This document shows, piece after piece, positions 63,591 through 64,000 of a stretch of 64,000 nt of DNA. The notes beneath the pieces are model-generated. The model had not been told where the DNA came from, made no database searches, and worked only from the letters and a program-made list of their open reading frames with translations. The position numbers and the translations under genes were made by a program. This stretch comes from Selaginella moellendorffii (taxonomy: Eukaryota > Plantae > Lycopodiophyta): NCBI RefSeq assembly GCF_000143415.4, contig NW_003314284.1:912693-976692 (forward strand), read 5' to 3'. Numbering within the stretch: the first letter of the stretch is position 1; each line of letters opens with the position of its first letter.

Positions 63591-64000
63591 CTCCCAGCAA
63601 TCCGCCTCTATCCTTCGCTAGAACTGAGATAAAGGCTCCGATACCAAATTGTAAGCCACAAATTTTTCCTTTCCAATTTGCCAGCTTACCTCGCCTATCC
63701 GTCCAACACCGCCTTGGCTTTTGCTAAGTTCCCTTGCCAAGGTTCTCGCCTATGGTACCAGCTCCTACTTGGTCTCAGCTACTCACTGCACGAGCAACGG
63801 AGTGTTAGCCACCATCCACGGATTCCCAAATCACTCCCAATCCCCCTCCCCGGGTTAGACTGGACTTAAGGTTCGGCTACACTCCCCGCAAGCACAAGCA
63901 GCCAAGCACACCAAGCTTCCAGGTTCCTAACATCCTTTGGTACCACAAGACTTGATCATGGGACCCTCTAAATCCCAAGTCTTGAGTGCAACACTTGCTT

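Larger units (their letters stand above)
44908..64000 (-). mobile_element. Chromovirus B2 (3' LTR 44908-46055; 5' LTR from 63650 past the window end), hosting DNA transposon copy 2
   Basis: PPT at 46056-46067. PBS TGGTATCGGAGC (minus, 63635-63646). The two LTRs look identical over the 351 bp that can be compared. Confidence 0.93.

Overview
Eukaryotic, land-plant-type repeat-rich DNA (CCCTAAA motifs, tRNA-Met-primed Ty3/Gypsy elements, 47-56 nt introns) made almost entirely of nested transposable elements. No host gene is recognisable. (1) Two copies of a ~12.5-13 kb cut-and-paste DNA transposon (3092-15832 and 48855-61211) have 24-bp TIRs (AAGCTCTATTTCGTTAAAGTGGGA), 4-bp TSDs and a ~1020-aa Sola-like DDD transposase. 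Divergent from it is a large multi-exon cargo gene that I reconstruct as ParB/Srx-like domain + degenerate DNA-methyltransferase-like domain + acidic linker + FCP1/SCP-like HAD phosphatase. Copy 1 carries about 23 copies of a 22-bp palindrome (ATGGCRTG-N6-CAYGCCAT), which copy 2 shares. Several lie inside the cargo gene's introns, and I did not see the motif in the flanking retroelements. This is the best candidate for a novel system: a possible self-recognition or anti-silencing module. (2) Three copies of a chromovirus ('family B'); the two copies that retain integrase have it interrupted by two short GT-AG introns. (3) A non-autonomous LTR family ('family A': one full copy, one partial copy, three solo LTRs) that shares cis-elements with B. 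(4) Older decayed Gypsy remnants ('family C', RT fragments). Family labels are my own. Domain calls come from motif recognition by eye, not database searches.
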